Assembly: GCF_056712565.1 (NCBI RefSeq)
Contig: NZ_CM160072.1
DNA length: 64,000 nucleotides
Reading direction: 5' to 3' (one strand)
Below, piece after piece: positions 30,275 to 46,701 of the stretch. A program made the position numbers and the translations under genes. Under the pieces are notes generated by a model. That model saw only the letters and a program-made list of their open reading frames with translations. It searched no databases and had not been told where the DNA came from. The first letter of the stretch is position 1; every line of letters begins with the position of its first letter.

Positions 30275-30751
30275 TTGCGCTGGTTACCTTTTATTGCCAT
30301 TTTCCTTTATGTCTATATTGAGATTTCAATCTTTATTCAGGTTGCTCATGTATTGGGGGTATTGCTGACCCTCGTGCTGGTTATATTCACGTCAGTTATC
30401 GGTATGTCACTGGTACGCAACCAGGGCTTTAAGAATTTCGTGCTGATGCAGCAAAAAATGGCGGCGGGTGAAAACCCAGCGGCGGAGATGATTAAAAGTG
30501 TTTCGCTGATCATTGCCGGTTTGCTGCTTTTATTACCGGGCTTTTTCACCGACTTCCTCGGTCTTCTGCTTTTATTGCCGCCGGTGCAAAAGCATCTGAC
30601 AGTGAAGTTGATGCCTCATCTGCGTTTTTCCCGTATGCCAGGCGGCGGTTTTAGCGCCGGGACCGGTAGCGGTAATACTTTTGATGGTGAGTACCAGCGA
30701 AAGGATGATGACCGCGACCGCCTTGATCATAAAGACGATCGCCAGGATTAA
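30275..30751 (+). CDS. fxsA: Inner membrane protein FxsA
   Basis: 158 aa, recalled FxsA. Confidence 0.85.
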   Translation: MRWLPFIAIFLYVYIEISIFIQVAHVLGVLLTLVLVIFTSVIGMSLVRNQGFKNFVLMQQKMAAGENPAAEMIKSVSLIIAGLLLLLPGFFTDFLGLLLLLPPVQKHLTVKLMPHLRFSRMPGGGFSAGTGSGNTFDGEYQRKDDDRDRLDHKDDRQD

Positions 30752-30766
30752 TGTCGAAACGCCGGA

Positions 30767-32023
30767 TTATGTGGTTATGCCATTTCCCGGCGTTTTTCGT
30801 TTTGGCAGAAACAGCCATAACCCCGCCAGCATGATCAGCGCGTAGAGACTTTTCCAGCCGACCATTGCCAGTAACAGAACGCATAATAGCCCGCCAACCA
30901 CTGCCAGTAGTCGATAACGTCCTTGCAATAATTTACAGCCTGCCAGCATGCATAACAGATAAATCATAATAAAGATGCCATTGGCATAAATAATAAGAGC
31001 GTCCAGATTGATCTCTAAAGCATGAATCACCAACGTGCTCACCACGCAGCAGCCGAGCACCGCATTGAGGGCATTATTCGGAATATGGCGAGAAGAGAGG
31101 CGTGCCAGGTAGTGGTCAGGATTATGTTGCGCCTGCGACCAGACCAGGCGGGCGAAGCTCTGTATATAAATGTTGAGACTGGCAAAGCAGGCCAGATAGC
31201 CAATTACGCAGGCAATCCATAACGCTCCTACACCGAACAACTGCACTACAATTTTGGGAAGCGATGCTGCCGCCGCCATTTGTTCACCATAGGCGTCGAA
31301 GTGTAAGACGACTACCGTACAGCCCCAATAGACTAATCCTGCCAGCAGCAGGCCAATCATCAAAGCACGAGGAAAATCACGCTCTGGATTTTTAAATTCC
31401 GAGGCAAGATGGGCAAATGCTTCCAGACCGACAAAACACCAGAACATCACTGATAACGCAGCGAATAACCCGGTAAGTTCGATATTTCCTGGCGCAGGGA
31501 AGGGGATATTCGCAGGTTTGATATCGCCCGCCCACCAGATAGCGACAATCAGTGCGACGATAAGTCCGGCAATAACTGTTTGTAGATTAGCACTGGAACT
31601 GGCACCGCGAGTACCGATATACCACACCAGCGCCAGCGTACCGAGTTCTGCCAACAACAGTTGCTCGCTATGCCAGCCAAACATTGCCTGGCCGAATCCG
31701 GCAGCAATTTGTAGCGCGGCAGGCAAACCCACGGGAATGACCGATAAAAACAACCAGCCGGTGACTCGCTCAAGCCGCGAACCAAACGCCATACCGACGA
31801 AGTGTGCGACGCCGCCTGCGCTGGGATAGTGGCGACCCAGAATCGCAAACACAATCGCAATCGGGAACACTAAGATAATCAAAACGGGCCACGCCCACAG
31901 GCTGTTATTGCCTGCTACTAGCGCAGCTAACGCAGGAACGGCAAACACGCCAGTGCCTAATAATGACGTCGATAGCAGGCCGATGCCCTGGGCCAGCCCC
32001 AGTTCTTGTTTGAGTCCACTCAT
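30767..32023 (-). CDS. yjeH: APC-family amino acid exporter YjeH
   Basis: MSGLKQELGLAQGIGLLSTSLLGTGVF.. Confidence 0.85.
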   Translation of the reverse strand: MSGLKQELGLAQGIGLLSTSLLGTGVFAVPALAALVAGNNSLWAWPVLIILVFPIAIVFAILGRHYPSAGGVAHFVGMAFGSRLERVTGWLFLSVIPVGLPAALQIAAGFGQAMFGWHSEQLLLAELGTLALVWYIGTRGASSSANLQTVIAGLIVALIVAIWWAGDIKPANIPFPAPGNIELTGLFAALSVMFWCFVGLEAFAHLASEFKNPERDFPRALMIGLLLAGLVYWGCTVVVLHFDAYGEQMAAAASLPKIVVQLFGVGALWIACVIGYLACFASLNIYIQSFARLVWSQAQHNPDHYLARLSSRHIPNNALNAVLGCCVVSTLVIHALEINLDALIIYANGIFIMIYLLCMLAGCKLLQGRYRLLAVVGGLLCVLLLAMVGWKSLYALIMLAGLWLFLPKRKTPGNGITT

Positions 32024-32247
32024 GGGTTGATGTCCGATTGCGCCCAAATTTTGGGCAACTGCGTAGATTTTCGATGGTAGCACAATCAGATTCGCTTATG
32101 ACGGTGATGAAGAAATAGCGATGAAATGTGAGGTGAATCAGGGTTTTCACCCGATTTTGTGCTGATCAGAATTTTTTTTCTTTTTCCCCCTTGAAGGGGC
32201 GAAGCCTCATCCCCATTTCTCTGGTCACCAGCCGGGAAACCACGTAA

Positions 32248-32592
<345 letters not shown>

Positions 32593-32623
32593 TCCGCGCA
32601 CGACACTGAACATACGAATTTAA

Positions 32624-34282
<1,659 letters not shown>

Positions 34283-34307
34283 TTGCCCTGCACCTCGCAG
34301 AAATAAA

Positions 34308-34342
34308 CAAACCCCCGGGCAGAAATGTCTGGGGGTTTTTCT
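34308..34342 (+). terminator. Rho-independent terminator after groEL
   Basis: AAACCCCCGGGCAGAAATGTCTGGGGGTTTTT hairpin plus T-run. Confidence 0.7.
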
Positions 34343-34419
34343 TTTGGTCATCTTTCTAGTATAAGATTCAGACACGGACGACGCGAGTGGCGTCCAGCTC
34401 ATTGATTATGGGGAATAAC

Positions 34420-34773
34420 ATGCACGTAAAATACTTAGCAGGGATTGTCGGTGCCGCGCTACTGATGGCGGGTTGTAGCTCCAGCAACGAATTGAGTGCT
34501 GCCGGTCAGAGTGTACGCATTGTGGACGAGCAACCAGGTGCAGAGTGCCAGCTGATTGGTACTGCGACAGGTAAGCAAAGCAACTGGCTTTCCGGGCAAC
34601 ACGGAGAAGAAGGCGGTTCTATGCGCGGCGCAGCAAACGATCTGCGCAACCAGGCGGCTGCAATGGGCGGTAACGTGATTTATGGCATCAGCAGCCCGTC
34701 GCAGGGAATGTTGTCCAGTTTTGTCCCGACGGATAGCCAGATTATCGGTCAGGTTTATAAGTGCCCGAACTGA
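34420..34773 (+). CDS. yjeI: Lipoprotein YjeI
   Basis: MHVKYLAGIVGAALLMAGCSS lipobox. Confidence 0.8.
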   Translation: MHVKYLAGIVGAALLMAGCSSSNELSAAGQSVRIVDEQPGAECQLIGTATGKQSNWLSGQHGEEGGSMRGAANDLRNQAAAMGGNVIYGISSPSQGMLSSFVPTDSQIIGQVYKCPN

Positions 34774-34822
34774 TGTGATCCAGAGGCTGGATACTTCCAG
34801 CCTCGTAGTAAAACAGATGAGA

Positions 34823-35692
34823 TTATTTCGCCTGTGGTGCAGTTTTGCTGGTGGATTGAACACGTAAGTGATGCAGCGCGCGTAAGCATTGATCCTGGGT
34901 TAGCGGTTGGGCGTTATTTGCCGCTACGGTGCGAACATAGACCTGACATGGCACACCCGCGAGTTTTTTCAGTCGGGGGCTGAAATCAAGCATTCGGCGA
35001 GTGATCGCCTCCACTTCTTTACCCGGCGTTGCTTCACGCGTTTTCACCACTGCGCCGCTAAATTGTTCATTGCCACTTTCATCTTTAAAGCGGTAAAGCA
35101 CCGCCAGATAATGGTTGAACAAGTTATGTTTCCATTCCGGTTGGGAATAGGTGTCATATTCCAGATTGCCATTTTCCTGGCAGTCAACGTCGTATAACGG
35201 CAGGAAATCTAACAGTGAGGTAATACGTAATGCCAGTTCACGCATTTCCGCATTATTAATTGCATGAATGATTGCTCGCGCCAGCATTTCAATCTGCAAC
35301 TCATTGACGACTAACTCACATTTGCTACCGTCATGTAGCGTTAATACGAAGGTAAGATTTTCGCCCTGATCATCGGTAAGTTCCAGCGTGTTAACCCGAC
35401 GATTAATATCGGCATTTTTAAGCTCATCAACCAGAATTTCTGGGATATTTTCTGCCATTTTCTTAATGACTTTATCGCGAGCTTGTTCATACTGAAGGCG
35501 TGCAGCAGCATCCAGTTTATGCTTTTGATGCAGACGACTTTCCAGCGCAATCAGAAGGTCGCGCAATTCCATGGCAGACATAAAGAACAACGATTCTTTA
35601 TTGCGAGGTTCTTTAATTTTCAGCGCCAGTGCAATGAAATTATTACTCTTGCGAATAACACCGGTATTAACACCCTTGATGCTTATGGCCAT
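34823..35692 (-). CDS. yjeJ: Uncharacterized protein YjeJ
   Basis: 289-aa ORF in conserved position. Confidence 0.75.
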   Translation of the reverse strand: MAISIKGVNTGVIRKSNNFIALALKIKEPRNKESLFFMSAMELRDLLIALESRLHQKHKLDAAARLQYEQARDKVIKKMAENIPEILVDELKNADINRRVNTLELTDDQGENLTFVLTLHDGSKCELVVNELQIEMLARAIIHAINNAEMRELALRITSLLDFLPLYDVDCQENGNLEYDTYSQPEWKHNLFNHYLAVLYRFKDESGNEQFSGAVVKTREATPGKEVEAITRRMLDFSPRLKKLAGVPCQVYVRTVAANNAQPLTQDQCLRALHHLRVQSTSKTAPQAK

Positions 35693-35926
35693 GTAGGTTC
35701 TCCCTAACCATTTCTCAATTAAATAATTAATTTTAGTTTATAAGCCAGATAAATGGGCTTGGTAGTAATAGTTGTTAAAATAACATAAATAGCCGTGCTC
35801 ACTCTATATAAACAGAAAAGAAAGGTTAATTATTGGTGTTGGTTATATAAAGAGTAACAACAGCAATGTATATGAATAATTAAAGGTTATGCAACGGGCA
35901 AAGATTAAACTTCCCTGTTTAATCAG

Positions 35927-36955
35927 TTACTGCTGGCGTAGCTGGAGATCCAGCGGCGTTTTGCTGGGTTCGCCGCCAATTTCTCGCGCCAGTTTAGGCA
36001 CCAGATATCCCGACACCAGTGTCAGCAACTCACGCATAATCTGCCGTGCTTCGTCATCACTCACCATAAAATGCGCCGCGCCCTGTACTTTATCGAGCAC
36101 ATGCAGGTAATACGGCATCACGCCCGCATCGAACAACGCATTACTCAGGTTTGCCAGCGTTTGCGCGTTATCGTTCACACCACGTAACAGAACGCTCTGG
36201 TTCAGCAAAGTAACGCCCACCCGGCGCAACTTAGCCATCGCCTGACGGAATGTTTCATCTACCTCATTGGCATGGTTGATGTGATTCACCAGCAAGATTT
36301 GCAGCGTAGAATGAGAAAAGCGTTCAACCAGCGCATCTGTGATGCGTGCCGGGATCACAATCGGCAGACGGCTGTGAATCCGCAGACGTTTGATATGCGG
36401 GATGGCTTCCAGTTGTGTGAGCAACCAGTCCAGCTCGTGATCTTTCGCCATCAGCGGATCGCCGCCGGAGAAAATCATCTCGTCCAGTTCCGGATGCGCA
36501 GCAACATACTCAAGTGCAGTCTGCCAGTTACGCTTATTGCCCTGATTTTCGGCATAGGGGAAGTGGCGACGGAAGCAATAGCGGCAATTTACCGCGCAGC
36601 CGCCTTTGACCAGCAAAAGCGCCCGGTTGTGGTATTTATGCAACAAACCAGGCACTACGCTATGCTGTTCTTCCAGCGGGTCGGTGGAGAATCCGGGCGC
36701 GACGACAAACTCATCTTGCGAGGTAAGTACCTGACGCAAAAGCGGATCGTTCGGATTGCCTTTCTCCATGCGATCGATAAATGAGCGGGGCACACGCAGG
36801 GCAAACAGCTTTTTGGCGCTGCGTCCGGCCAACAGTTTTTCGTCCGCGTCTATATTCAAAAGACGCAGAAGTTCATCAGGATCGGTCACAACATCGGCAA
36901 GTTGCGTTAACCAATCTTCTCTGGATGGGGTATTTAGGGTTACAATATGCGCCAT
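35927..36955 (-). CDS. epmB: EF-P beta-lysylation protein EpmB (lysine 2,3-aminomutase-like radical SAM)
   Basis: CAVNCRYCFRRHF radical-SAM Cys motif; 342 aa. Confidence 0.9.
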   Translation of the reverse strand: MAHIVTLNTPSREDWLTQLADVVTDPDELLRLLNIDADEKLLAGRSAKKLFALRVPRSFIDRMEKGNPNDPLLRQVLTSQDEFVVAPGFSTDPLEEQHSVVPGLLHKYHNRALLLVKGGCAVNCRYCFRRHFPYAENQGNKRNWQTALEYVAAHPELDEMIFSGGDPLMAKDHELDWLLTQLEAIPHIKRLRIHSRLPIVIPARITDALVERFSHSTLQILLVNHINHANEVDETFRQAMAKLRRVGVTLLNQSVLLRGVNDNAQTLANLSNALFDAGVMPYYLHVLDKVQGAAHFMVSDDEARQIMRELLTLVSGYLVPKLAREIGGEPSKTPLDLQLRQQ

Positions 36956-36996
36956 TTTGTGGCTTAGCTACCAATTAACAAATTTCAGAGGGCCTT

Positions 36997-37563
36997 ATGG
37001 CAACGTACTATAGCAACGATTTTCGTGCTGGTCTTAAAATCATGTTAGACGGCGAACCTTACGCGGTTGAAGCGAGTGAATTCGTAAAACCGGGTAAAGG
37101 CCAGGCATTTGCTCGCGTTAAACTGCGTCGTCTGCTGACCGGTACTCGCGTAGAAAAAACCTTCAAATCTACTGATTCCGCTGAAGGCGCTGATGTTGTC
37201 GATATGAACCTGACTTACCTGTACAACGACGGTGAGTTCTGGCACTTCATGAACAACGAAACTTTCGAGCAGCTGTCTGCTGACGCAAAAGCAATTGGCG
37301 ACAACGCTAAATGGTTGCTGGATCAGGCAGAGTGTATCGTAACTCTGTGGAATGGTCAGCCGATCTCCGTTACTCCGCCGAACTTCGTTGAACTGGAAAT
37401 CGTTGATACCGATCCGGGCCTGAAAGGTGATACCGCAGGTACTGGCGGCAAACCGGCTACCCTGTCTACTGGCGCTGTGGTTAAAGTTCCGCTGTTTGTA
37501 CAAATCGGCGAAGTCATCAAAGTGGATACCCGCTCTGGTGAATACGTCTCTCGCGTGAAGTAA
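36997..37563 (+). CDS. efp: Elongation factor P
   Basis: [58 protein letters not shown].. Confidence 0.97.
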
Positions 37564-37614
37564 TGCGGTTGTGGTGCGGCCTGCAGGCTGCACCATCACT
37601 TATTCAGGTCAGAG

Positions 37615-37740
37615 ATGATGAAACGCCTTATCGTTCTTGTTTTGCTTGCCAGCACGCTGCTTACGGGCTGTAACACCGCTCGCGGTTTCGGCGAAGATAT
37701 CAAACACCTCGGCAACTCCATCTCCCGCGCTGCCAGCTAA
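37615..37740 (+). CDS. ecnA: Entericidin A lipoprotein
   Basis: [41 protein letters not shown]; too short for ORF track. Confidence 0.8.
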   Translation: MMKRLIVLVLLASTLLTGCNTARGFGEDIKHLGNSISRAAS

Positions 37741-37850
37741 TTTTTCTTCTCTTCCGAAAAATCATCAGATTTCCATCATTTTTGGCGATGTTGTCTATTA
37801 TTAATTTGCTATAGGCAAACATAAATAACATTACCTAAAAGGAAGACGTT

Positions 37851-37997
37851 ATGGTGAAGAAGACAATTGCAGCGATCTTTTCTGTTCTGGTGCTTTCAAC
37901 AGTATTAACTGCCTGCAACACCACGCGTGGCGTTGGTGAAGACATTTCTGATGGCGGTAACGCGATTTCTGGCGCAGCAACGAAAGCGCAGCAATAA
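37851..37997 (+). CDS. ecnB: Entericidin B lipoprotein
   Basis: [48 protein letters not shown]. Confidence 0.8.
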
Positions 37998-38104
37998 GCA
38001 ATAACGGTACGACAGCTGTGTCGTGCCGTTTGTTTTTTCTGCGATAGTTACATAGGTAATAGTTGAAATTCCCCTGCCACCTGGCAAAATATCCGTTCAA
38101 CCAT

Positions 38105-38157
38105 CAGCTTTGCAGGACGACCTGCAAACGCGTCTTTTCACCGGGGACGGCCCCAAT
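38105..38157 (+). promoter_or_regulatory. Guanidine-II (mini-ykkC) riboswitch-like tandem hairpins in sugE 5' leader
   Basis: Two stem-loops each with ACGR loop: TTGCAGG-ACGA-CCTGCAA and GGGG-ACGG-CCCC, just upstream of the SMR guanidinium exporter gene. Confidence 0.6.
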
Positions 38158-38172
38158 TTTCCGGAGCCTGAT

Positions 38173-38490
38173 ATGTCCTGGATTATCTTAGTTATTGCTG
38201 GTCTGCTGGAAGTGGTATGGGCCGTTGGCCTGAAATATACTCACGGCTTTAGTCGTTTGACGCCAAGTGTTATTACCGTGACGGCGATGATTGTCAGTCT
38301 GGCGCTACTTGCCTGGGCGATGAAATCGTTACCAGTAGGGACGGCTTATGCCGTGTGGACGGGTATTGGCGCAGTCGGCGCGGCCATCACCGGCATTGTG
38401 CTGCTCGGTGAGTCCGCTAACCCGATGCGCCTGGCGAGTCTGGCGTTAATCGTATTGGGGATTATTGGTCTGAAACTCAGCACTCATTAA
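38173..38490 (+). CDS. sugE: SMR-family guanidinium exporter SugE/Gdx
   Basis: [26 protein letters not shown].. 105 aa. Confidence 0.9.
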   Translation: MSWIILVIAGLLEVVWAVGLKYTHGFSRLTPSVITVTAMIVSLALLAWAMKSLPVGTAYAVWTGIGAVGAAITGIVLLGESANPMRLASLALIVLGIIGLKLSTH

Positions 38491-39020
38491 CTACCGGGCT
38501 GCTGTACCCAAATAAACTTACTGACATCAAACCCTTCCCGGGTCGCGACTGCCAGCATCTCCTGTTTCACTTCGTCAGAAATGGTTGGCGTGCGGGAGAG
38601 TATCCACAGGTAGTCGCGGTCCGGGCCGCAAACCAGCGCATGGCGGTATTCCCGATCGAGTGCAATAACGTTATAACCGCCATAGAAAGGACCAAAGAAT
38701 GACACTTTCAGCGCAGCGCGAGTTGGTGCTCCGGTAAAGTACGCTTTCCCTTCACTCTGCTGCCACATTTCTCTGTCAGGGTTATAGCCTTTATTAATGA
38801 CATTCAGGCCGCCGTCATCACGCAGGCTGTATGTTGCGGTGACTTTTTCCAGTCCACGTTCAAAGCGGTGATCAAAACGGGCAATCTCATACCAGGTACC
38901 GAGATAACGTTTAGCGTCGAAATTATTCACTACGGTCACGCCACGCGGCGGCGTAGGGGAACTGCAGGCAACGACCAGAAATGCAGCTGTCGCTGCGGCA
39001 ACGAGAGGGAGCAGGCGCAT
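38487..39020 (-). CDS. blc: Outer-membrane lipocalin Blc
   Basis: [21 protein letters not shown]..; 177 aa. Confidence 0.9.
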   Translation of the reverse strand: MRLLPLVAAATAAFLVVACSSPTPPRGVTVVNNFDAKRYLGTWYEIARFDHRFERGLEKVTATYSLRDDGGLNVINKGYNPDREMWQQSEGKAYFTGAPTRAALKVSFFGPFYGGYNVIALDREYRHALVCGPDRDYLWILSRTPTISDEVKQEMLAVATREGFDVSKFIWVQQPGS

Positions 39021-39108
39021 AAATGTTTCCTTACTGGTTTTTTTCTAAGTGTAGATGACAGCAAGGAAAAGCGGAGAAAAGGTCCGAAAATTCGGACCCG
39101 ATGAAATT

Positions 39109-40664
<1,556 letters not shown>

Positions 40665-40674
40665 CTCAGGCTCC

Positions 40675-41807
<1,133 letters not shown>

Positions 41808-41815
<8 letters not shown>

Positions 41816-43616
41816 TCGCCTTCTCCTTCTTATTGGCTGCTTCCGCCTTATCGGCTGCATCCGCTTCGCCACCGTAAACACGTTTAGCTGGCGGCAGCGT
41901 AGTAATCTTCACGTCGCTGTACTCCAGGCGAGTCGTGCCATCAGCATCGCGGAAGGCGAGGGTGTGTTTGAGGAAGTTGACGTCGTCACGCTCGGTGCAA
42001 CCTTCGTCCAGACGCTGGTGCGCGCCGCGGGACTCTTTACGTGCCATTGCGGAGTGCGCCATACATTCAGCAACGTTCAGACCGTGGCCCAGCTCAATGG
42101 TGTAGAGCAGGTCGGTGTTGAACACGCTGGAAGTGTCGGTGATGCGCACGCGCTTGAAGCGTTCCTGCAGCTCTGCCAGCTTGTCGATGGTTTTCTGCAT
42201 CAGTTCCGGCGTACGGTAGATACCGCAGCCTTCTTCCATGGCCATGCCCATTTCGTCGCGGATCTTAGCCCAGTTTTCGCCGCCATCCTGGTTAACCAGA
42301 TCTTTCAGACGTTGTTCAACGCCAGCTGCCTGCGCTTCAATTGCCGCTTCGTTGCCATTACCGGCAGTTGCTGCACGCTCTGTCGCTTGTTCACCGGCCA
42401 GACGACCGAAGACCACCAGTTCCGCCAGCGAGTTGGAGCCCAGACGGTTCGCACCGTGCAGACCAACAGAGGAACATTCACCCACGGCGAACAGACCTTT
42501 AATGCGGGTTTCACAGTTCTGATCGGTTTCGATACCGCCCATGGTGTAGTGTGCGGTCGGACGTACCGGAATCGGTTCTTTAACCGGATCGACGCCAACG
42601 TACGCTTTCGCCAGTTCGCAGATGAACGGCAGACGTTCATGCAGTTTTTTCTCGCCGAGGTGACGCAGGTCGAGGTAAACCACATCGCCACGTGGCGTGG
42701 AGATGGTGTTGCCTTTACGCCATTCGTGCCAGAAGGCCTGAGAAACTTTGTCGCGTGGACCCAGTTCCATATATTTGTTTTTCGGCTCGCCCAGCGGAGT
42801 TTCCGGGCCCATGCCGTAATCTTGCAGATAACGGTAGCCATTTTTGTTGACCAGAATACCACCTTCACCGCGGCAGCCTTCGGTCATCAGGATACCGGAA
42901 CCTGGTAGACCGGTTGGGTGATACTGAACGAATTCCATGTCACGCAGCGGAACGCCGTGGCTTAGCGCCATACCCATACCGTCACCGGTAACGATGCCGC
43001 CGTTGGTGTTGTAACGATAAACGCGACCCGCACCGCCGGTAGCCATAACGACCGCGTTAGCACGGATCTGCACCAGCGTGCCTTCCATCATGTTCATTGC
43101 TACCAGGCCGCGAACATGACCATCATCAACCAGAATATCCAGCACGAAATGTTCGTCAAAACGCTGGATCTGCGGGAATTGCAGAGAGGTCTGGAACAGC
43201 GTGTGCAGCATATGGAAGCCGGTCTTATCGGCGGCGAACCAGGTACGCTCGATTTTCATGCCGCCGAAGCGACGTACGTTGACGCTACCATCCGGACGAC
43301 GGCTCCATGGGCACCCCCACAGTTCCAGTTGGGTCATTTCGGTTGGGCAGTGGTGGACGAAATAATCCACGACATCCTGCTCACACAACCAGTCGCCACC
43401 CGCTACTGTATCGTGAAAGTGATATTCGAAGCTGTCATGATCCTGCGCGACAGCGGCGGAGCCCCCTTCTGCAGCAACGGTATGGCTACGCATCGGGTAT
43501 ACTTTTGAGATTAGTGCGATTTTTGCATTTGGATTTGCCTGCGCGGCAGCAATTGCAGCACGTAATCCCGCGCCACCGGCGCCTACAATGGCAAGATCGG
43601 CTTGAAAGGTTTGCAC
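41808..43616 (-). CDS. frdA: Fumarate reductase flavoprotein subunit FrdA
   Basis: [26 protein letters not shown].. FAD-binding. Confidence 0.97.
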
Positions 43617-43940
43617 GACATTCCTCCAGATTGTTTTTATCCCACAGCCCCGTACTTCAGGGTAAGTGCCTGAAAGTTACGGTCTGCGAACGCTATTCCA
43701 CTGCTCCTTTATAGGTAAAACAGTATAGTCTGATGGATAGGTCTGAAATTTGACGAGATCGATTTTTTTAGTGCGCAAGAGGGCTAAATTATCACTGAAG
43801 ATGATTAATTTAATTACTAAACCATCAGATCGTGCTTTTTTTAGTCACTGCCCACCGTTGTTTTATTCCTGCGTAAAATTTGTCTCGCCGTCGCGTTGCG
43901 AGTAGACTTCGTGCCCTTGTCAAAAACTGGAGATTTAACT

Positions 43941-44918
43941 ATGAGCGAAACGGCATCCTGGCAGCCGAGCGCATCCATTCCTAACTTATTAAAACGCGCG
44001 GCGATTATGGCGGAGATCCGTCGTTTCTTTGCCGATCGTGGAGTGCTGGAGGTGGAGACGCCTTGTATGAGCCAGGCGACGGTAACCGATATTCATTTGG
44101 TCCCGTTTGAGACACGTTTCGTTGGCCCCGGGCATTCGCAGGGGATGAATCTCTGGTTAATGACCAGCCCGGAATACCATATGAAGCGCCTGCTGGTTGC
44201 CGGTTGTGGGCCGGTATTCCAGCTGTGCCGCAGCTTCCGTAATGAAGAGATGGGGCGTTATCACAACCCTGAGTTCACTATGCTTGAGTGGTATCGACCG
44301 CACTATGATATGTACCGGTTGATGAACGAGGTGGACGATCTCTTGCAACAGGTGCTGGACTGTCCGGCAGCAGAAAGCCTTTCTTATCAACAAGCTTTCT
44401 TGCGTTATCTGGAAATTGACCCACTATCTGCCGACAAAACGCAACTGCGGGAAGTGGCAGCGAAACTGGATTTGAGCAACGTTGCCGATACTGAAGAAGA
44501 CCGCGACACGCTTCTACAATTGCTGTTTACCTTTGGCGTAGAGCCAAATATTGGCAAAGAAAAACCGACCTTTGTGTACCACTTTCCAGCCAGCCAGGCA
44601 TCACTGGCGCAAATCAGTACCGAAGATCATCGGGTCGCTGAACGCTTTGAGGTTTATTATAAAGGTATTGAGCTGGCGAATGGTTTCCATGAATTGACGG
44701 ATGCCCGTGAGCAGCAACAACGCTTTGAACAAGATAACCGTAAGCGCGCGGCGCGCGGTTTGCCGCAGCACCCCATTGACCAGAATCTGATTGAAGCCTT
44801 GAAAGTCGGTATGCCTGACTGCTCCGGCGTGGCATTAGGTGTTGATCGTCTGGTGATGTTGGCGCTGGGCGCGGAGACACTGGCTGAAGTCATCGCCTTT
44901 AGCGTTGACCGGGCATAA
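43941..44918 (+). CDS. epmA: EF-P lysine-lysyltransferase EpmA (PoxA)
   Basis: [41 protein letters not shown].. class II aaRS-like. Confidence 0.9.
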   Translation: MSETASWQPSASIPNLLKRAAIMAEIRRFFADRGVLEVETPCMSQATVTDIHLVPFETRFVGPGHSQGMNLWLMTSPEYHMKRLLVAGCGPVFQLCRSFRNEEMGRYHNPEFTMLEWYRPHYDMYRLMNEVDDLLQQVLDCPAAESLSYQQAFLRYLEIDPLSADKTQLREVAAKLDLSNVADTEEDRDTLLQLLFTFGVEPNIGKEKPTFVYHFPASQASLAQISTEDHRVAERFEVYYKGIELANGFHELTDAREQQQRFEQDNRKRAARGLPQHPIDQNLIEALKVGMPDCSGVALGVDRLVMLALGAETLAEVIAFSVDRA

Positions 44919-45136
44919 TTCTGAAAAATTACTGAATTAACAGCGAAGAATGGCGTGATAAGCGCCATTCTGTAGCATATGTTTTCATTTTTCCGCTAAA
45001 GGCCACAATTTAAGACTGGATATTTGATATCATCCAGGTATCAATTCTGTATTGGTTTTTACGCTGCCCGCTCAATGTTGGGCAGTGCAGTTCAGTGGGC
45101 GCGTTTTATACACGCGCTGAAATGAAGGATGGTTTC

Positions 45137-46639
45137 ATGCCTCACTCGATAAAAAAGATGAGTCTGATAGGACTCATATTGATGATCTTTACTTCTGTAT
45201 TTGGATTTGCCAATAGCCCATCGGCTTATTACTTAATGGGTTATAGTGCGATTCCCTTTTATATATTTTCTGCATTGTTATTCTTTATTCCATTCGCCTT
45301 AATGATGGCTGAAATGGGAGCTGCTTATCGCAAAGAAGAAGGCGGTATCTATTCCTGGATGAATAATAGTGTCGGACCACGTTTTGCCTTCATTGGTACG
45401 TTTATGTGGTTTTCCTCTTATATCATCTGGATGGTGAGTACCTCCGCGAAAGTTTGGGTACCGTTCTCAACATTCCTCTACGGTAGCGACATGACCCAGC
45501 ACTGGCATATTGCCGGACTGGAGCCTACGCAGGTGGTTGGTCTGCTGGCAGTGGCATGGATGATTCTGGTCACCGTCGTTGCTTCAAAAGGGATTAATAA
45601 AATTGCCCGCATTACTGCGGTGGGCGGTATTGCAGTAATGTGTCTGAATTTAGTATTGCTGTTAGTAAGCATTACTATTTTGTTATTAAATGGTGGGCAT
45701 TTCGCGCAGGATATTAATTTCCTTGCATCACCGAACCCAGGTTATCAGTCCGGTCTGGCAATGCTATCGTTTGTGGTATTTGCCATTTTTGCCTATGGCG
45801 GAATTGAAGCGGTTGGTGGTCTAGTTGATAAAACGGAAAATCCAGAAAAGAACTTTGCCAAAGGTATTGTTTTTGCCGCTATTGTTATTTCAATCGGTTA
45901 TTCGCTGGCAATATTTTTATGGGGCGTCAGCACAAACTGGCAGCAGGTATTAAGTAATGGTTCCGTTAACCTCGGCAATATTACCTATGTGCTGATGAAG
46001 AGCCTCGGGGTGACGCTGGGTAACGCACTGCATTTGTCACCTGAAGCGTCATTGTCGCTGGGCGTATGGTTTGCGCGTATTACCGGACTGTCGATGTTCC
46101 TCGCTTATACCGGTGCGTTCTTTACACTTTGCTATTCACCGCTGAAAGCCATCATCCAGGGGACGCCGAAAGCATTGTGGCCGGAACCGATGACGCGCCT
46201 GAATGCGATGGGGATGCCGTCTATCGCCATGTGGATGCAGTGTGGGTTGGTTACTGTCTTCATCCTGCTGGTTTCGTTTGGTGGCGGTACCGCATCGGCG
46301 TTCTTTAACAAGCTGACGCTGATGGCGAACGTGTCTATGACGCTTCCTTACCTGTTCCTCGCGCTGGCTTTCCCATTTTTTAAAGCACGTCAGGATCTCG
46401 ACAGACCGTTTGTGATTTTCAAAACGCATATGTCGGCAATGATTGCAACAGTGGTTGTCGTACTGGTGGTGACATTTGCGAACGTCTTCACCATCATTCA
46501 ACCTGTGGTTGAAGCTGGAGACTGGGACAGCACATTGTGGATGATTGGCGGCCCTGTCTTCTTCTCGCTGTTAGCGATGGCGATTTACCAGAACTATTGC
46601 AGTCGCATGGCGAACAAACCTGAGTTAGCTCTCGACTGA
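45137..46639 (+). CDS. yjeM: APC-family inner membrane transporter YjeM
   Basis: polytopic 500 aa; start chosen at MPHSIKK. Confidence 0.8.
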   Translation: MPHSIKKMSLIGLILMIFTSVFGFANSPSAYYLMGYSAIPFYIFSALLFFIPFALMMAEMGAAYRKEEGGIYSWMNNSVGPRFAFIGTFMWFSSYIIWMVSTSAKVWVPFSTFLYGSDMTQHWHIAGLEPTQVVGLLAVAWMILVTVVASKGINKIARITAVGGIAVMCLNLVLLLVSITILLLNGGHFAQDINFLASPNPGYQSGLAMLSFVVFAIFAYGGIEAVGGLVDKTENPEKNFAKGIVFAAIVISIGYSLAIFLWGVSTNWQQVLSNGSVNLGNITYVLMKSLGVTLGNALHLSPEASLSLGVWFARITGLSMFLAYTGAFFTLCYSPLKAIIQGTPKALWPEPMTRLNAMGMPSIAMWMQCGLVTVFILLVSFGGGTASAFFNKLTLMANVSMTLPYLFLALAFPFFKARQDLDRPFVIFKTHMSAMIATVVVVLVVTFANVFTIIQPVVEAGDWDSTLWMIGGPVFFSLLAMAIYQNYCSRMANKPELALD

Positions 46640-46701
46640 TCATATGAAATCCTGCAACTCATCGTCTCTCCGGCGATGAGTTGTCTGGAAAGGAAGACGT
46701 T

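Noticed and set aside
41964-42908. 314-aa ORF antisense to frdA (and others opposite dcuA 27161..27946, mscM 47614..49484, psd/mscM 50601..51626, rsgA 51948..52508)
   Set aside because: All are long ORFs on the strand opposite well-supported conserved genes, with biased composition; no independent support.
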